DNA of 52,985 bases from Magnetococcales bacterium (GCA_015231965.1 JADGAP010000002.1:1-52985); one strand, 5' to 3'. Positions 34,132 to 43,301 are shown, numbered from the stretch's first letter. The notes: a model not told the origin generated them from the letters alone. Numbers and translations: made by a program.

Positions 34132-34881
34132 ATGCCAGGGTGGGAACTCTTCCGCGTGAGGGATTTGGACGCATTCTCCTGGAAAGCCGCTCTGGAGGGG
34201 GGGTGTTTTGTCACCGGGACCGACACCGGGGTGGGCAAGACGGTGGTTGCGGCGTGGTTGGTGCGGCGCCTGGGGGGGTGTTATTGGAAGCCGGTGCAGG
34301 CCGGGCGGGATCCCGAGGGGGACGACGGCGAAGTCGTGGCCCGATTGGCGGGGGTTTCGCAGGATCGGATTTTCCCTCCGCTCTACGCCTTCGATCTTCC
34401 CCGCTCCCCCCACGAGGGGGCGGGTCGGGCCGGGGTGAAGATTGACTTGAATCATTTTGTCTTGCCGACGTCCTCCCGTCCGCTGGTGGTGGAAGGTGCC
34501 GGCGGGGTGATGGTTCCCCTGGGGAACGGTCATTATTTCATTGATGTGATGAAACGTTTGGGATTGCCCGTGGTGGTGGTGTGTCGCACCGCCTTGGGGA
34601 CCATCAACCATTCGTTATTGACCCTGGAGGCGTTGCGGAGTCGGGGGATTGGGGTGGCGGGGGTGATTTTTCATGGTCCGCCGGATGAGGAGAATCGGCG
34701 AGCGGTGACGGAGATGGGGCGGGTTCGGGAGTTGGCGTGGATTCCGTGGCGGGAGCGGTTGACGGCGGAAGGTGATTTGGTTCAGCGGGAAATGGACGAC
34801 TGCGGGTTGCCGTTAGAGCAGTTTCAATTGAAATTTGCACATGCGGAGATGGCAGACGCAAGGAACCCATGCCCAAAATGA
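34132..34881 (+). CDS. bioD: ATP-dependent dethiobiotin synthetase
   Basis: CFVTGTDTGVGKTVVAAWL (BioD P-loop), YWKPVQAG, VVEGAGGVMVPL, LPVVVVCRTALGTINHSLLTLEAL. The start is uncertain (ATG 34132, or a downstream TTG). Confidence 0.8.
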   Translation: MPGWELFRVRDLDAFSWKAALEGGCFVTGTDTGVGKTVVAAWLVRRLGGCYWKPVQAGRDPEGDDGEVVARLAGVSQDRIFPPLYAFDLPRSPHEGAGRAGVKIDLNHFVLPTSSRPLVVEGAGGVMVPLGNGHYFIDVMKRLGLPVVVVCRTALGTINHSLLTLEALRSRGIGVAGVIFHGPPDEENRRAVTEMGRVRELAWIPWRERLTAEGDLVQREMDDCGLPLEQFQLKFAHAEMADARNPCPK

Positions 34882-34886
34882 ACCGT

Positions 34887-34936
34887 CCTTCCCGCCCCCG
34901 AATGCTTAAATCGGGGGCGGGAAGGGCGTTTTCGTC
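34887..34936 (+). terminator. Rho-independent terminator after bioD
   Basis: Perfect 15-bp stem CCTTCCCGCCCCCGA / TCGGGGGCGGGAAGG with a 9-nt loop, followed by GCGTTTTCGT. Confidence 0.7.
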
Positions 34937-34990
34937 GTAATAAAGTTGGTTGCACCACCAGGTGCCGTTTGACCTGATGTGCAATTCTGA

Positions 34991-35350
34991 ACTGGAACTA
35001 CGAGACTTCGGGAACTCAAGCCGATGCTTCGGGGATGGTTCTCCTATTTCAAGCATGGACCCAGGCAGACATTCCGTGAGGTTGACGGTTTTGTGAGACG
35101 AAGATTACGGGCGCTGCTGCGCAAGCAGGAAGGAAGACCGGGGCAGGGTCGCGGTTTGTCGGATCATCAACGCTGGCCAAATGCCTGCTTCGCTGAGCGG
35201 GGGTTTTTCACCATGGGGGAAGCCCACCGGTTGGCGTGCCAATCCCGATGAGGAAACCACTTTTTGGAGAGCCGTGTGCGGGAAAACCGCACGCATGGTT
35301 CGGAGGTAGGGGAGGGGAGACCCCTTCCCTACCCCTATCGGTTGGGGTGC
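34991..35350 (+). mobile_element. 3' remnant of a group II intron (maturase C-terminus plus domains V-VI)
   Basis: ELKPMLRGWFSYFKHG...VDGFVRRRLRALLRKQ...HQRWPNACFAERGFFTM is the X/maturase C-terminal signature. The reading frame is cut at 34988-34990 by a stop. Domain V and a domain VI-like hairpin follow. Confidence 0.8.
35269..35301 (+). ncRNA. Group II intron domain V hairpin
   Basis: GAGCCGTGTGCGGGAAAACCGCACGCATGGTTC compares with the canonical GAGCCGUAUGCGAUGAAAGUCGCACGUACGGUUC. The AGC triad, AC bulge and A-rich apical loop are all present. Confidence 0.8.
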
Positions 35351-35426
35351 GGTTTCGGGTCGCCGGGGGTTCAGGGGGACCTTCCCCCCCCGCCCCCCCC
35401 CCGAATTCCGCCGCGACGGAAGAATC

Positions 35427-36827
35427 CTACGCCGAGCGCGAGAAGACCAGGAAAGCGATGGTCAAATAGTTGATGGACCCCGCCATGTCGATGAGGGCCA
35501 AGGCCATGGGACCGGCGGCCACCGCCGGGTCGACCCCGATGCGCTTGAAGAAAAAGGGCAGGGACATGGCGATGGCGGAGGCGATGGTGATGCTCAAGGC
35601 CATGGCCGGACCCAGGGTGAGGGAGAGGGAGGGGTTTTGAAAAATGGCGTAGGAGGCGGCGGACAAACAGATGCCGTAGATCGTCCCCTGCACCAGATTG
35701 GCCCCCAACTCCTTGAACAACAACTTGAAGAAGTGGGAACTCTGAATCGTCCCCAAGGCCAGGCCCCGCACCACCACGGCGCCGGTCTGGCTGCCGGCGT
35801 TGCCCGACATGCCAATGACGATGGGGAAGAAAAAGGCCAGTTGCACCACGGCGGACAAGGTCTCCTCGAAGCCGTCGAGGATGGCCGAGACCAGCAGGTA
35901 GGCGACAAAGGCGGTGATCAGCCAGGGCACCCGGGTGGTAAAGATGCGGAACGGCGACTGGGCCAGGATGTTGGCATCCTTGGAGCCGATGCCTGCCATC
36001 TTCATCAACGAACCGGTGTTCTCCTCCTGGATGACGTGGATCACGTTGTCGATGGTGATCTGCCCCACCAGCACCCCCAACTCGTCCACCACGGGAACGG
36101 CCAGCAGGCGGTAACGGGAGAGCAGCTTGGCCACCGCCCCCTGGGGGGTGTTGACCTCTGCCTTGATCAGTCGGGTCTTGGTGAACTCCTTGATCGGCTT
36201 GTTGGGGTCGGCCAGGATCAACTTGCGCAACGAACAGACCCCGGTCAGTCGTTGCAGGTCGTCCACCACGTAAAGATAAAAAATGGATTCGTGGGAGGAG
36301 AGCCCCTGCACCGCGTTGATCGCCTCGGCGGCGGTGGTGGATTCCGGCATGGCGAAGATCTGGGTGTCCATCAATTCGCCGGCGGTGTCGCTTTGGTAAA
36401 CGGACTCCACCTCCGCCGACGGGGCGGCGGGTTCCTCGTTCATGGCCTCGTTCAGCCGTTGGGACGCCTCTGGACCCAGGCCGCAGATGCGCCGTTGCCG
36501 GAGCTCGGCGGGGAGGACTTTCAGCACGGGAATGATTTGTTCCAGGGGGCAATGGCTCAGGATGAAATTGCGCTGCCCCTCCGACATTGCCTCCAACACC
36601 TGGGAGGCGTGGCTGGCCGGGGAGAGGAAGGCGAAGACCTCGTTGGCCTTGTGTTCGGGAAAACTGTTCAGCACGGAGGCGATGTCGGCGGGGGCGAGTT
36701 TGCTCAAAAGCTGGGTCAAATGGGTCGCCGATCCCCGCCGATGCAGACGCATGATGGCTTCGGAGATCTTGGCGTTGATCGGGGGTTGGGCGGTGGGGCC
36801 CGTATTGTCCAGAACCATCATGGCCAT
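35427..36827 (-). CDS. mgtE: Magnesium transporter MgtE, paralogue 1
   Basis: MgtE N-domain (LLSKLAPADIASVLNSF...), a CBS pair (ELMDTQIFAMPESTT...LLAVPVVDELGVLVGQITIDNVIHVIQEE), and a C-terminal 5-TM MgtE domain (GMSGNAGSQTGAVVVRGLALG). Confidence 0.88.
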   Translation of the reverse strand: MAMMVLDNTGPTAQPPINAKISEAIMRLHRRGSATHLTQLLSKLAPADIASVLNSFPEHKANEVFAFLSPASHASQVLEAMSEGQRNFILSHCPLEQIIPVLKVLPAELRQRRICGLGPEASQRLNEAMNEEPAAPSAEVESVYQSDTAGELMDTQIFAMPESTTAAEAINAVQGLSSHESIFYLYVVDDLQRLTGVCSLRKLILADPNKPIKEFTKTRLIKAEVNTPQGAVAKLLSRYRLLAVPVVDELGVLVGQITIDNVIHVIQEENTGSLMKMAGIGSKDANILAQSPFRIFTTRVPWLITAFVAYLLVSAILDGFEETLSAVVQLAFFFPIVIGMSGNAGSQTGAVVVRGLALGTIQSSHFFKLLFKELGANLVQGTIYGICLSAASYAIFQNPSLSLTLGPAMALSITIASAIAMSLPFFFKRIGVDPAVAAGPMALALIDMAGSINYLTIAFLVFSRSA

Positions 36828-36904
36828 GGCGATTCTTTCTTCTCAAGTCGAATGCGATTCCGGGGGCCGAGGTTTCAGCCCGTCTTCTTCAGGTCGGCGC
36901 GGCT

Positions 36905-38299
36905 TTAGAATCCGTAGACCACCGAGGCGATGACCAGATAATTGATCACCCCCAGCACGTCGATGGTGGTGAGGACGTAGGGACCGCCGCCCACCGCCGG
37001 ATCATGCCCCAGGCGTTGCAGCAAAATGGGGAAGGTGGCGGCGATGACCCCGGCGTAAATGATGTTGGAGAGGATGCTGACCCCCACCACGAAGGCCAGG
37101 GTCCAACTTTTGAACACCACGATGGCGTAGGTGGAGAGGCAGAGCCCGTAAAAGGCCCCCACCAGCACCCCGACGCTGGTCTCCTTGACCAGCAGCTTGA
37201 GGTAGTCGCTGACCTGGATGACGCCGGTGGCCAAGCCCCGCACCGCCACCACGGCGGCCTGACTGCCCACGTTGCCCGCCATGCCGAAGATCATGGGCAT
37301 GAAAAAGCTCAGTTGGATCACCTGGGACATGGTGTCCTCGAACCGCCCCAACACATAGGCGGCGAGCAGACCACCGAGGAAAGGCGCCGCCAACCAGGGC
37401 AGGCGGGTCTTGGCCACGGTGATGAAGGACTGGGTGAGGAAGCCCAACTTTTCCGTGTCCACGCCCACGGTTTTGAGCATCGACTCGGTGTCCGCGTCCT
37501 GGATGACGAGGATCAGGTCGTCGACGGTGATGATGCCGCGCAACACCCCTTGATCGTTGACTACGGGGATGGCCATGAAGCCGTGGCGGGTGACCAGTTT
37601 GGCCGCCTCTTCCTGGGGGGTGTCCACGTTGACGGTGTGGACCCGGGTCTCCATGATGTCCCGCACTCGCTTGTGGGCCGGGGAGAGGAGCAACTGGCGC
37701 AACGAGCTGACCCCCACCAGCCGTTGTTGATCATCCAACACGTAGACGTAGGCGGCGAACTCCTGGGAGGGCAGCTCCCGCACTGCTTGAATGGCGGCGC
37801 TAGCGGTGGTGTCTTCCGGCAGGGTGAAAAAGCGGGAGTTCATCAGGCTGCCGGCGGTGTCCGGCAGATATTGCAGCAGATTCTGAACTTCCTTGCGCGT
37901 CTCCTTGCGCAGGGCGTTCATCAGGTGGTCGCCCACCTCGGGGCTGAGTTGGCCGATGATGCGGCTGCGGGTGTCCGGCGGCAGGCTCTCCAGGATGGGG
38001 ACGATGCGTTCCAGGGCGCCAATGGAGACGATGTGGATCTGCAACTCCTCGTTCAGATCCTGCAACGTCTCTCCCGCCTGCTGCGGCGAGGCGATCATGT
38101 CGAACAATTCGGCGGCGTCCTCCAGATCTTCGGAGGAGTTGATCACCAGGGCGATGTCGGGGGGGAGCAGGCGACTGAGAATGCGCGTCAGTTGATCCGT
38201 GGCACCCTTTTTATGCAAGCGGTGGATGGTCTCCACGTACATGGGGGGATGGTTGGGTTCGGTGACCTTGGGGGGGTCCTCAACCGCGATCATGCTCAT
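36905..38299 (-). CDS. mgtE: Magnesium transporter MgtE, paralogue 2
   Basis: Same architecture (ILSRLLPPDIALVINS..., FMAIPVVNDQGVLRGIITVDDLILVIQD, GMAGNVGSQAAVVAVRGLATG). Start chosen at ATG 38299 after AGGAAGGA; the ORF track extends to 38476. Confidence 0.88.
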   Translation of the reverse strand: MSMIAVEDPPKVTEPNHPPMYVETIHRLHKKGATDQLTRILSRLLPPDIALVINSSEDLEDAAELFDMIASPQQAGETLQDLNEELQIHIVSIGALERIVPILESLPPDTRSRIIGQLSPEVGDHLMNALRKETRKEVQNLLQYLPDTAGSLMNSRFFTLPEDTTASAAIQAVRELPSQEFAAYVYVLDDQQRLVGVSSLRQLLLSPAHKRVRDIMETRVHTVNVDTPQEEAAKLVTRHGFMAIPVVNDQGVLRGIITVDDLILVIQDADTESMLKTVGVDTEKLGFLTQSFITVAKTRLPWLAAPFLGGLLAAYVLGRFEDTMSQVIQLSFFMPMIFGMAGNVGSQAAVVAVRGLATGVIQVSDYLKLLVKETSVGVLVGAFYGLCLSTYAIVVFKSWTLAFVVGVSILSNIIYAGVIAATFPILLQRLGHDPAVGGGPYVLTTIDVLGVINYLVIASVVYGF

Positions 38300-39136
38300 G
38301 CGAAATCCTTCCTGGCGTTCATGGCTTGTGACCGGCGCCCCCGGACCAACGGCAGGGGGCGGCTTTGTGGAGAACCCGGCGGCGGGGTCTCCACCAATCC
38401 AAACAGGTTTCGCCCCATGGCGCGGAGGCGAAAGGTTCGGGACGACGTCCCTCGTTCCACCGGAGGGCGCGCCCACGCGGCGGGGCGACGCTTCGCGCCC
38501 CGGGGAACGGGAAAACGGCGGGCGTCCTCGATCCTCGCGTCAGGAAAAACCAACCCGAGCCGATGGCCTGAGGGATGCCAACAGGGCGTCCTCAACCACG
38601 TCACATGGCTTCAAACAAGACAATGGGGGGGTAACGCGTCTCTTCCCTGGGGTGTTGCGGGTCAGGGAAGCAGTTTCGAGCGAGGCAAGCGGGGAAGGGG
38701 CAGGGGAAAAACGGAGGCTTAGCCGAACGTCTTCACCGACTTACCGGGCTGCGAAACTGGGGGTGTGAGCGTCCATACATCCTCCAAGGGTAGGTTTCCG
38801 ATGCCCCGGATGTTCGTGTTTTTTAGGGCGCGTGTCAAGTTGGAAATACATTTTTACAGCGCAATTCCAAGGAGTCCCACAACCATTTCCGTGTTCATGT
38901 TCTTGGGGTTAGAACATTATCGACATGTTCAACAGTATAACTACCGTTCGTTATGTTTCCGCGACGTTCCATCCGACCCGAGGGTGCCATGGAGTGGCTG
39001 GATGATCTTTTCACGAGGCTGGTCTTGATAACAGGGGGGCGATTCGGCTACCCTTCCATGTTAGTTCTGGGATTTTACAGATCGTGCGCGGCCTTCCTGG
39101 CCGCCGGAATCCCCCCACGAGAGCGAGGTTCATGAC

Positions 39137-40015
39137 ATGTCCGACTCCGACTCCACCAACGTCGGCATCGATCCGTTCAAGGATATTTTGTTAGCTTCGG
39201 ACGGCTCGGAGTTTGGCGCGGGAACCGAGCGCATCGGCTTGGAGCTGGCCCAACGACACGGGGCGCGGCTGCATGTGTTTCGCCTGCTCACCGCCTCGCC
39301 GGGGACCGACGAGGGGTTGACCGAGGAGCAAGAGGCCAACTTGCAGATGGAGCGCATGACGGAGTTGTGCGCCGATCGGGGGGTGGAGTGTATTCCCCTG
39401 TTGCGTCCCGGCAATGGCGACCCCGGCCTGGCCATCGTCGCCGCCGCCAAGGAGATCGGGACTCAACTGGTGATCATGGGTCGGCGGGGCAGGCGCGGCC
39501 TAGCCAAGCTGATGGTGGGCGAGGCCACCGCCAAGGTGATCGAGAAGGCGGAATGTTCGGTGCTGGTGGCACCGCGGCTGGTCTCCTACTGGAGCAACGG
39601 CGTGCTGCTGGTGCTGGAGGATCCCCCCCAGGGGGAAGGAGACGCCGCCGCCATCGCCGCGTTTCATCTCGCCCTTCACGCCCGCATCCCCCTGACCATC
39701 CTGATGATGGCCGAGGAGCAGGACAACGATGCGGAACGTCGGGAGACCAATCAGACGGTCAACCGGCTGGTGGCCATGGCCCATCTCCAGGGGGTGGCCT
39801 GCGAGGGGATGGTGCAGTTTGGCGACATCGACGAAATCGCCTTGGAGACGGCCCGGCAGCGGGCGGCGGATTTGATCGTCTGCGAGCCCCGCGACCGTTC
39901 GGTCATCGAAAAATTGTTCAACGCCAACAACATCATTAAGCTGATCGGTCAGGTTCATTGCCCGGTGCTGGTGGTCAAGCCCGTCGCCGCAGGTGCCGCC
40001 CCCGCAGTCGATTGA
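39137..40015 (+). CDS. Tandem-domain universal stress protein (UspA family)
   Basis: Two Usp repeats, each ending in the ATP-binding-type motif (LVIMGRRGRRGLAKLMVGEATAKVIEKAECSVLVAP, and ...LIVCEPRDRSVIEKLFNANNIIKLIGQVHCPVLVV). Confidence 0.85.
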   Translation: MSDSDSTNVGIDPFKDILLASDGSEFGAGTERIGLELAQRHGARLHVFRLLTASPGTDEGLTEEQEANLQMERMTELCADRGVECIPLLRPGNGDPGLAIVAAAKEIGTQLVIMGRRGRRGLAKLMVGEATAKVIEKAECSVLVAPRLVSYWSNGVLLVLEDPPQGEGDAAAIAAFHLALHARIPLTILMMAEEQDNDAERRETNQTVNRLVAMAHLQGVACEGMVQFGDIDEIALETARQRAADLIVCEPRDRSVIEKLFNANNIIKLIGQVHCPVLVVKPVAAGAAPAVD

Positions 40016-40057
40016 GCCCCCCCCGGAGCCGCTGGATCGCGACGCCCATCCTCTCAT

Positions 40058-40097
40058 AAAAAAAGGAGACCATGCCCGCCGTGGTTTCCTTTTTTTT
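40058..40097. terminator. Bidirectional rho-independent terminator between the usp and GGDEF genes
   Basis: A7-GGAGACCA-(9 nt loop)-TGGTTTCC-T8. Confidence 0.75.
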
Positions 40098-40158
40098 GTA
40101 TGGTTTTACTTCTCGACGAGGATTTTTCCGAGTAGCAAGGTCCGTGGTCCGCCCCACT

Positions 40159-41313
40159 TCACGCCGGGGCGGGCTGGGCCTCCGAGGGGGGATCATCCAG
40201 CGCCACTTGGTTGCGTCCGCCGTTCTTGGCCCGGTAGAGGGCGGCGTCGGCGCGGCGGTAGGTGAAATCCCACCCCTCCTCCGGCTGAAGTTGGGCCACC
40301 CCCACGCTCACCGTCACCCGTCCCACCCCCGGCGCGGGAGAGGCCATCTCCGCCACCCGACGCCGCAGTTTTTCCGCCAACACCCGCGCCCCCGCCAAAT
40401 CCACATCTCCCGCCAACACCGCGAACTCCTCGCCCCCCATGCGGAACAGGGCGTCGCAGGCCCGCAGCGTCCGCCGCGCCTCTTCCGCCACGGCCACCAG
40501 CACCCGATCCCCGGCGTCATGGCCGTGATGATCGTTGACCCGCTTGAAGTGGTCCAGATCAAAAATCAGCAGCGAAACCGGTGTGTTGTGGCGTTGCGCC
40601 TCCTTGAGCCGGAGATCGGTGAGGACGCCGAAGGTAAAGCGATTGTACGCCCCGGTCAGGGGGTCATGATGGGCCAGACGCTCCAGGCGATCCCGCACGA
40701 ACCGCTTGACCAGCCAAATGATCATCCCCAGGGCCAGGATGTCCACCACGATCAAGCCCAGGGCCATGGTGAAATAGCGTTGTTTCGATTCCGCCTCCCG
40801 CTGCACCGCCAACACCATGTCGTTGGCCCAGTTCCAGCAGCGTTCGCTCTCTTCCATCATGCGACGTTCCAACTCCGGCGTTTTCGCGACGCGATAGGCC
40901 AGGATGGTCCGGCGCAGGGCGTGCCACCCATCCTCCAATGGCATCAACGTCTCCAGCCCCTCTCCTTCCATGGGCTTCACCGCCAGGGCGTTGCGATCCC
41001 GGTCCATTTGCCGCAGCAAGGCCTGGCGCTCCAGGTCGGTGGTGGGGGGAAGGTCGTCGTCCTCCCATCCCTGCTTGCCCACCAGGGCGTGAATGCGCAC
41101 CGAAACCTCGGTCAGCAGGGCGTCGTCGGGGGCGTGGCTGCGCTCCAGCTTGACCACCCGTTGCAACAATCCCCGCACCTGTCCACTCAAGTTGACCCGA
41201 TGAGCATCGCCTCGCACCTGCTCCAGCGCATAATACAGTATTAAACTGTTAATGCAGGCAATAAGCAGCACCAGCGCCGCCGCCGACATTAAAAACGTCG
41301 AGATGTGTTTCAT
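40159..41313 (-). CDS. Membrane-anchored diguanylate cyclase (GGDEF) with an N-terminal periplasmic helical sensor
   Basis: HHDPLTGAYNRFTF...LLIFDLDHFKRVNDHHGHDAGDRVL...LFRMGGEEFAVLA...VSVGVA...ADAALYRAKNGGRNQV. Two TM segments flank a helical sensor (NLSGQVRGLLQRVVKLE resembles PilJ/NarX-type sensors). Start ATG 41313 (MKHISTF...). Confidence 0.85.
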   Translation of the reverse strand: MKHISTFLMSAAALVLLIACINSLILYYALEQVRGDAHRVNLSGQVRGLLQRVVKLERSHAPDDALLTEVSVRIHALVGKQGWEDDDLPPTTDLERQALLRQMDRDRNALAVKPMEGEGLETLMPLEDGWHALRRTILAYRVAKTPELERRMMEESERCWNWANDMVLAVQREAESKQRYFTMALGLIVVDILALGMIIWLVKRFVRDRLERLAHHDPLTGAYNRFTFGVLTDLRLKEAQRHNTPVSLLIFDLDHFKRVNDHHGHDAGDRVLVAVAEEARRTLRACDALFRMGGEEFAVLAGDVDLAGARVLAEKLRRRVAEMASPAPGVGRVTVSVGVAQLQPEEGWDFTYRRADAALYRAKNGGRNQVALDDPPSEAQPAPA

Positions 41314-41533
41314 GCCAAGTAGGCCTGTCCCCGACTTGGACCGCTCCAGTGAGAGGGGAGGAGGGGGAGAGCGATCCATTCCCGTCCAGTTTACCACTTC
41401 ACCATCAAGAATAACAATGCAACTCATTCAGCGTCCCCATGGCGGGGGGAGGGTTTACTTTCGCGGCGTTCCGGGGTAAGGCTATGGGCCGTGAACTCCT
41501 CGAAAACCCCCAGCGCGCTCCCGGGTCCGAAAC

Positions 41534-42220
41534 ATGGCGGAGAGCGGGAGATCGACCATGCCTCGCTTGATTTTGGCGGGATTGATCGCGGCCCCGTTGT
41601 TGGAACTCTACCTGATGGCCCGGGTGGGGATGCGCATCGGCGCGGGCTGGACCGTGGCCATATTGGTGATTTCGGTCTTTTTGGGCACGGCGTTGATCCG
41701 TCGGGCGGGGATGAAAACCTTTTTATCCTTTCAGGATCGGGTCGCCCGAGGCGAGCCCCCCGGCGAGGCCCTGGCCGACGACGCCATGCTGATGCTGGGC
41801 GGGGCGCTGTTGGCCCTGCCGGGATTTTTGAGCGACGCGCTGGCCCTGCCGCTGCTTTTTCCCTGGACCCGCAAGTTGGTGCGCACCGGACTGTTGGGCT
41901 TTTTGTCCCGCCATTTTCACTATCATGCCACCCAGCGGGTGGTCCGTCCGGACGAGGAGTGGTTCCGCAAGCAGCGCAACCCCGCCGGGGAACAGGGTGG
42001 CGTGGTGATCGAGGGGGAGTATCAGCGGGAAGCCGGAGAGGATGAAGATAAAGATGAAGACGATGGCAGCGCGAGGGCGTCCCACAGCGCCGACCAGGGG
42101 ATGACCCCCTCGCGCACCAGGCGCATCGGCTCCTCCAGCAGCGACACCACGGTGGAAGGGGCGGCGGATGTGGCGGAATCCTCCCCATTCTCCCCCAGGG
42201 TCAACACCTCGGCCACCTGA
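41534..42220 (+). CDS. fxsA: FxsA-family inner-membrane protein
   Basis: PLLELYLMARVGMRIGAGWTVAILVISVFLGTALIRRAG...ALLALPGFLSDALALPLLFPWTRKL...VIEGEYQRE. The recognisable family region ends near 42060, and the ORF runs on to 42220. Confidence 0.75.
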   Translation: MAESGRSTMPRLILAGLIAAPLLELYLMARVGMRIGAGWTVAILVISVFLGTALIRRAGMKTFLSFQDRVARGEPPGEALADDAMLMLGGALLALPGFLSDALALPLLFPWTRKLVRTGLLGFLSRHFHYHATQRVVRPDEEWFRKQRNPAGEQGGVVIEGEYQREAGEDEDKDEDDGSARASHSADQGMTPSRTRRIGSSSSDTTVEGAADVAESSPFSPRVNTSAT

Positions 42221-42723
42221 TCGACGGACCAGCGGCGGCGAATCTCTTCCGCCGAGACGGCGGGGGGGTGACCGGCGGGATTGGCGCTGGTGGAAACCAA
42301 CGGCCCCCCCCAGGCGGAAAGCAGCGCCTGCACCAGCGGGGCTGGCGACCAGCGCACCGCCACCCCGCCCTCTGGACCTTGAATCCACGCCGGGGCCTCC
42401 AGGGCCGCAGGTAAAACCAAAGTCAACGGGCCCGGCCAAAAGCGCTCCATCAACCGCCGGGCGGTGGACGAAGGGGGGCGGGTGAGGCCGGTCAAGGCGG
42501 CGGGTTCGGGAATCAGTACGATAAACCCCTTGTCCCCGTCCCGCCCCTTGAGGCGGCGCAATCGCTCAACCGCCAGGGGTTGGAAGGGGTCCACTCCCAG
42601 ACCGGGAAGGGTTTCGGTGGGACAGGCGATGATCTCGCCCCGTCGCAAGGCCGCGACGGCCCGTTCCACGGCGTGTCGCCGCTCCGGCGTGAGGGGCGGA
42701 AGGGGAAACGCCCCCGAAGTCAT
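42022..42723 (-). CDS. tsaC: L-threonylcarbamoyladenylate synthase (YrdC/Sua5-family, TsaC type)
   Basis: IIACPTETLPGLGVDP...RLKGRDGDKGFIVLI...FWPGPLTLVLP...VAVRWSPAPLVQALL...PLVSTSANPAGHPPA...PSTVVSL. Its ATG overlaps the stop of the Sel1 gene (ATGA). Confidence 0.8.
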   Translation of the reverse strand: MTSGAFPLPPLTPERRHAVERAVAALRRGEIIACPTETLPGLGVDPFQPLAVERLRRLKGRDGDKGFIVLIPEPAALTGLTRPPSSTARRLMERFWPGPLTLVLPAALEAPAWIQGPEGGVAVRWSPAPLVQALLSAWGGPLVSTSANPAGHPPAVSAEEIRRRWSVDQVAEVLTLGENGEDSATSAAPSTVVSLLEEPMRLVREGVIPWSALWDALALPSSSSLSSSSPASR

Positions 42724-43301
42724 GGGGTGACGGGTTTCCAATTTTTCGCCAACCGCTCCCCTTCTTCCCGTTGGGGGGCGGGCAGGTTCCTGGCCAGGTC
42801 GGACAGGGCGGTCTTGGCGTTGGCGTGGCCCCGGGCGGCGGCGACGCTGAACCACATGTAGGCCTGGATCGGGCTGGGATCGACGCCCAACCCCTTGGCG
42901 TACATCGCCCCCAAGGCGTTTTGCGCCGGGCTGAATCCCTGCATCGCCGCCTTGCGGAACCATTTGGCCGCCTCGCTCAGATTGCGCGACACCCCCTGAC
43001 CATTGAAATAGAGACCGCCCAGGGCGTTTTGCGCCGCGGGCAGACCCCGATCCGCCGCCATGCGGAACCATTGGGCCGCTTCCACCGGATCCTTGGCGGC
43101 CCCTTGGCCGAAGGCGAACCAGTTGCCCAGCGACAATTGGGCGTTGGCGTCCCCGGCTTCCGCCGCCTTGCGCAGTTCGGCGACGCCCCGGGCGTTGTCG
43201 CCCTGCTGGAAGGCCTGCCGTGCGTTTTCCATGGGACCCGCCATGGCGATGGCCGCTCCAGCGGCCAGGATCAAACCCGTCAACATCCAACGCTTGTGCA
43301 T
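42720..43301 (-). CDS. Secreted Sel1-like repeat (SLR/TPR) protein
   Basis: Signal peptide MHKRWMLTGLILAAGAAIAMA, then repeated A..G...AQ..LG..Y..G.GV..d...A..W...AA units. Confidence 0.8.
   Translation of the reverse strand: MHKRWMLTGLILAAGAAIAMAGPMENARQAFQQGDNARGVAELRKAAEAGDANAQLSLGNWFAFGQGAAKDPVEAAQWFRMAADRGLPAAQNALGGLYFNGQGVSRNLSEAAKWFRKAAMQGFSPAQNALGAMYAKGLGVDPSPIQAYMWFSVAAARGHANAKTALSDLARNLPAPQREEGERLAKNWKPVTP

Noticed and set aside
36905-38476. N-terminal extensions offered by the ORF track. The examples are mgtE2 to 38476, thpR to 6295, dsrC to 11673, yggS to 27866, the Sel1 protein to 43355, tsaC to 43545, the GGDEF protein to 41427, the radical SAM protein from 50653, the secreted protein from 33366, bioD from 34048 and hemD from 46245.
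   Set aside because: In each case an internal ATG or GTG with a good Shine-Dalgarno sequence coincides with the start of the homologous or signal-peptide region. The extension is Pro/Arg/Gly-rich filler, or it overlaps the neighbouring gene.
38765-39028. 87-aa plus-strand ORF in the AT-richer part of the mgtE-usp intergenic region.
   Set aside because: It has no ribosome-binding site, a hydrophobic/aromatic-rich translation typical of AT-rich non-coding DNA, and it overlaps the probable divergent promoter region.
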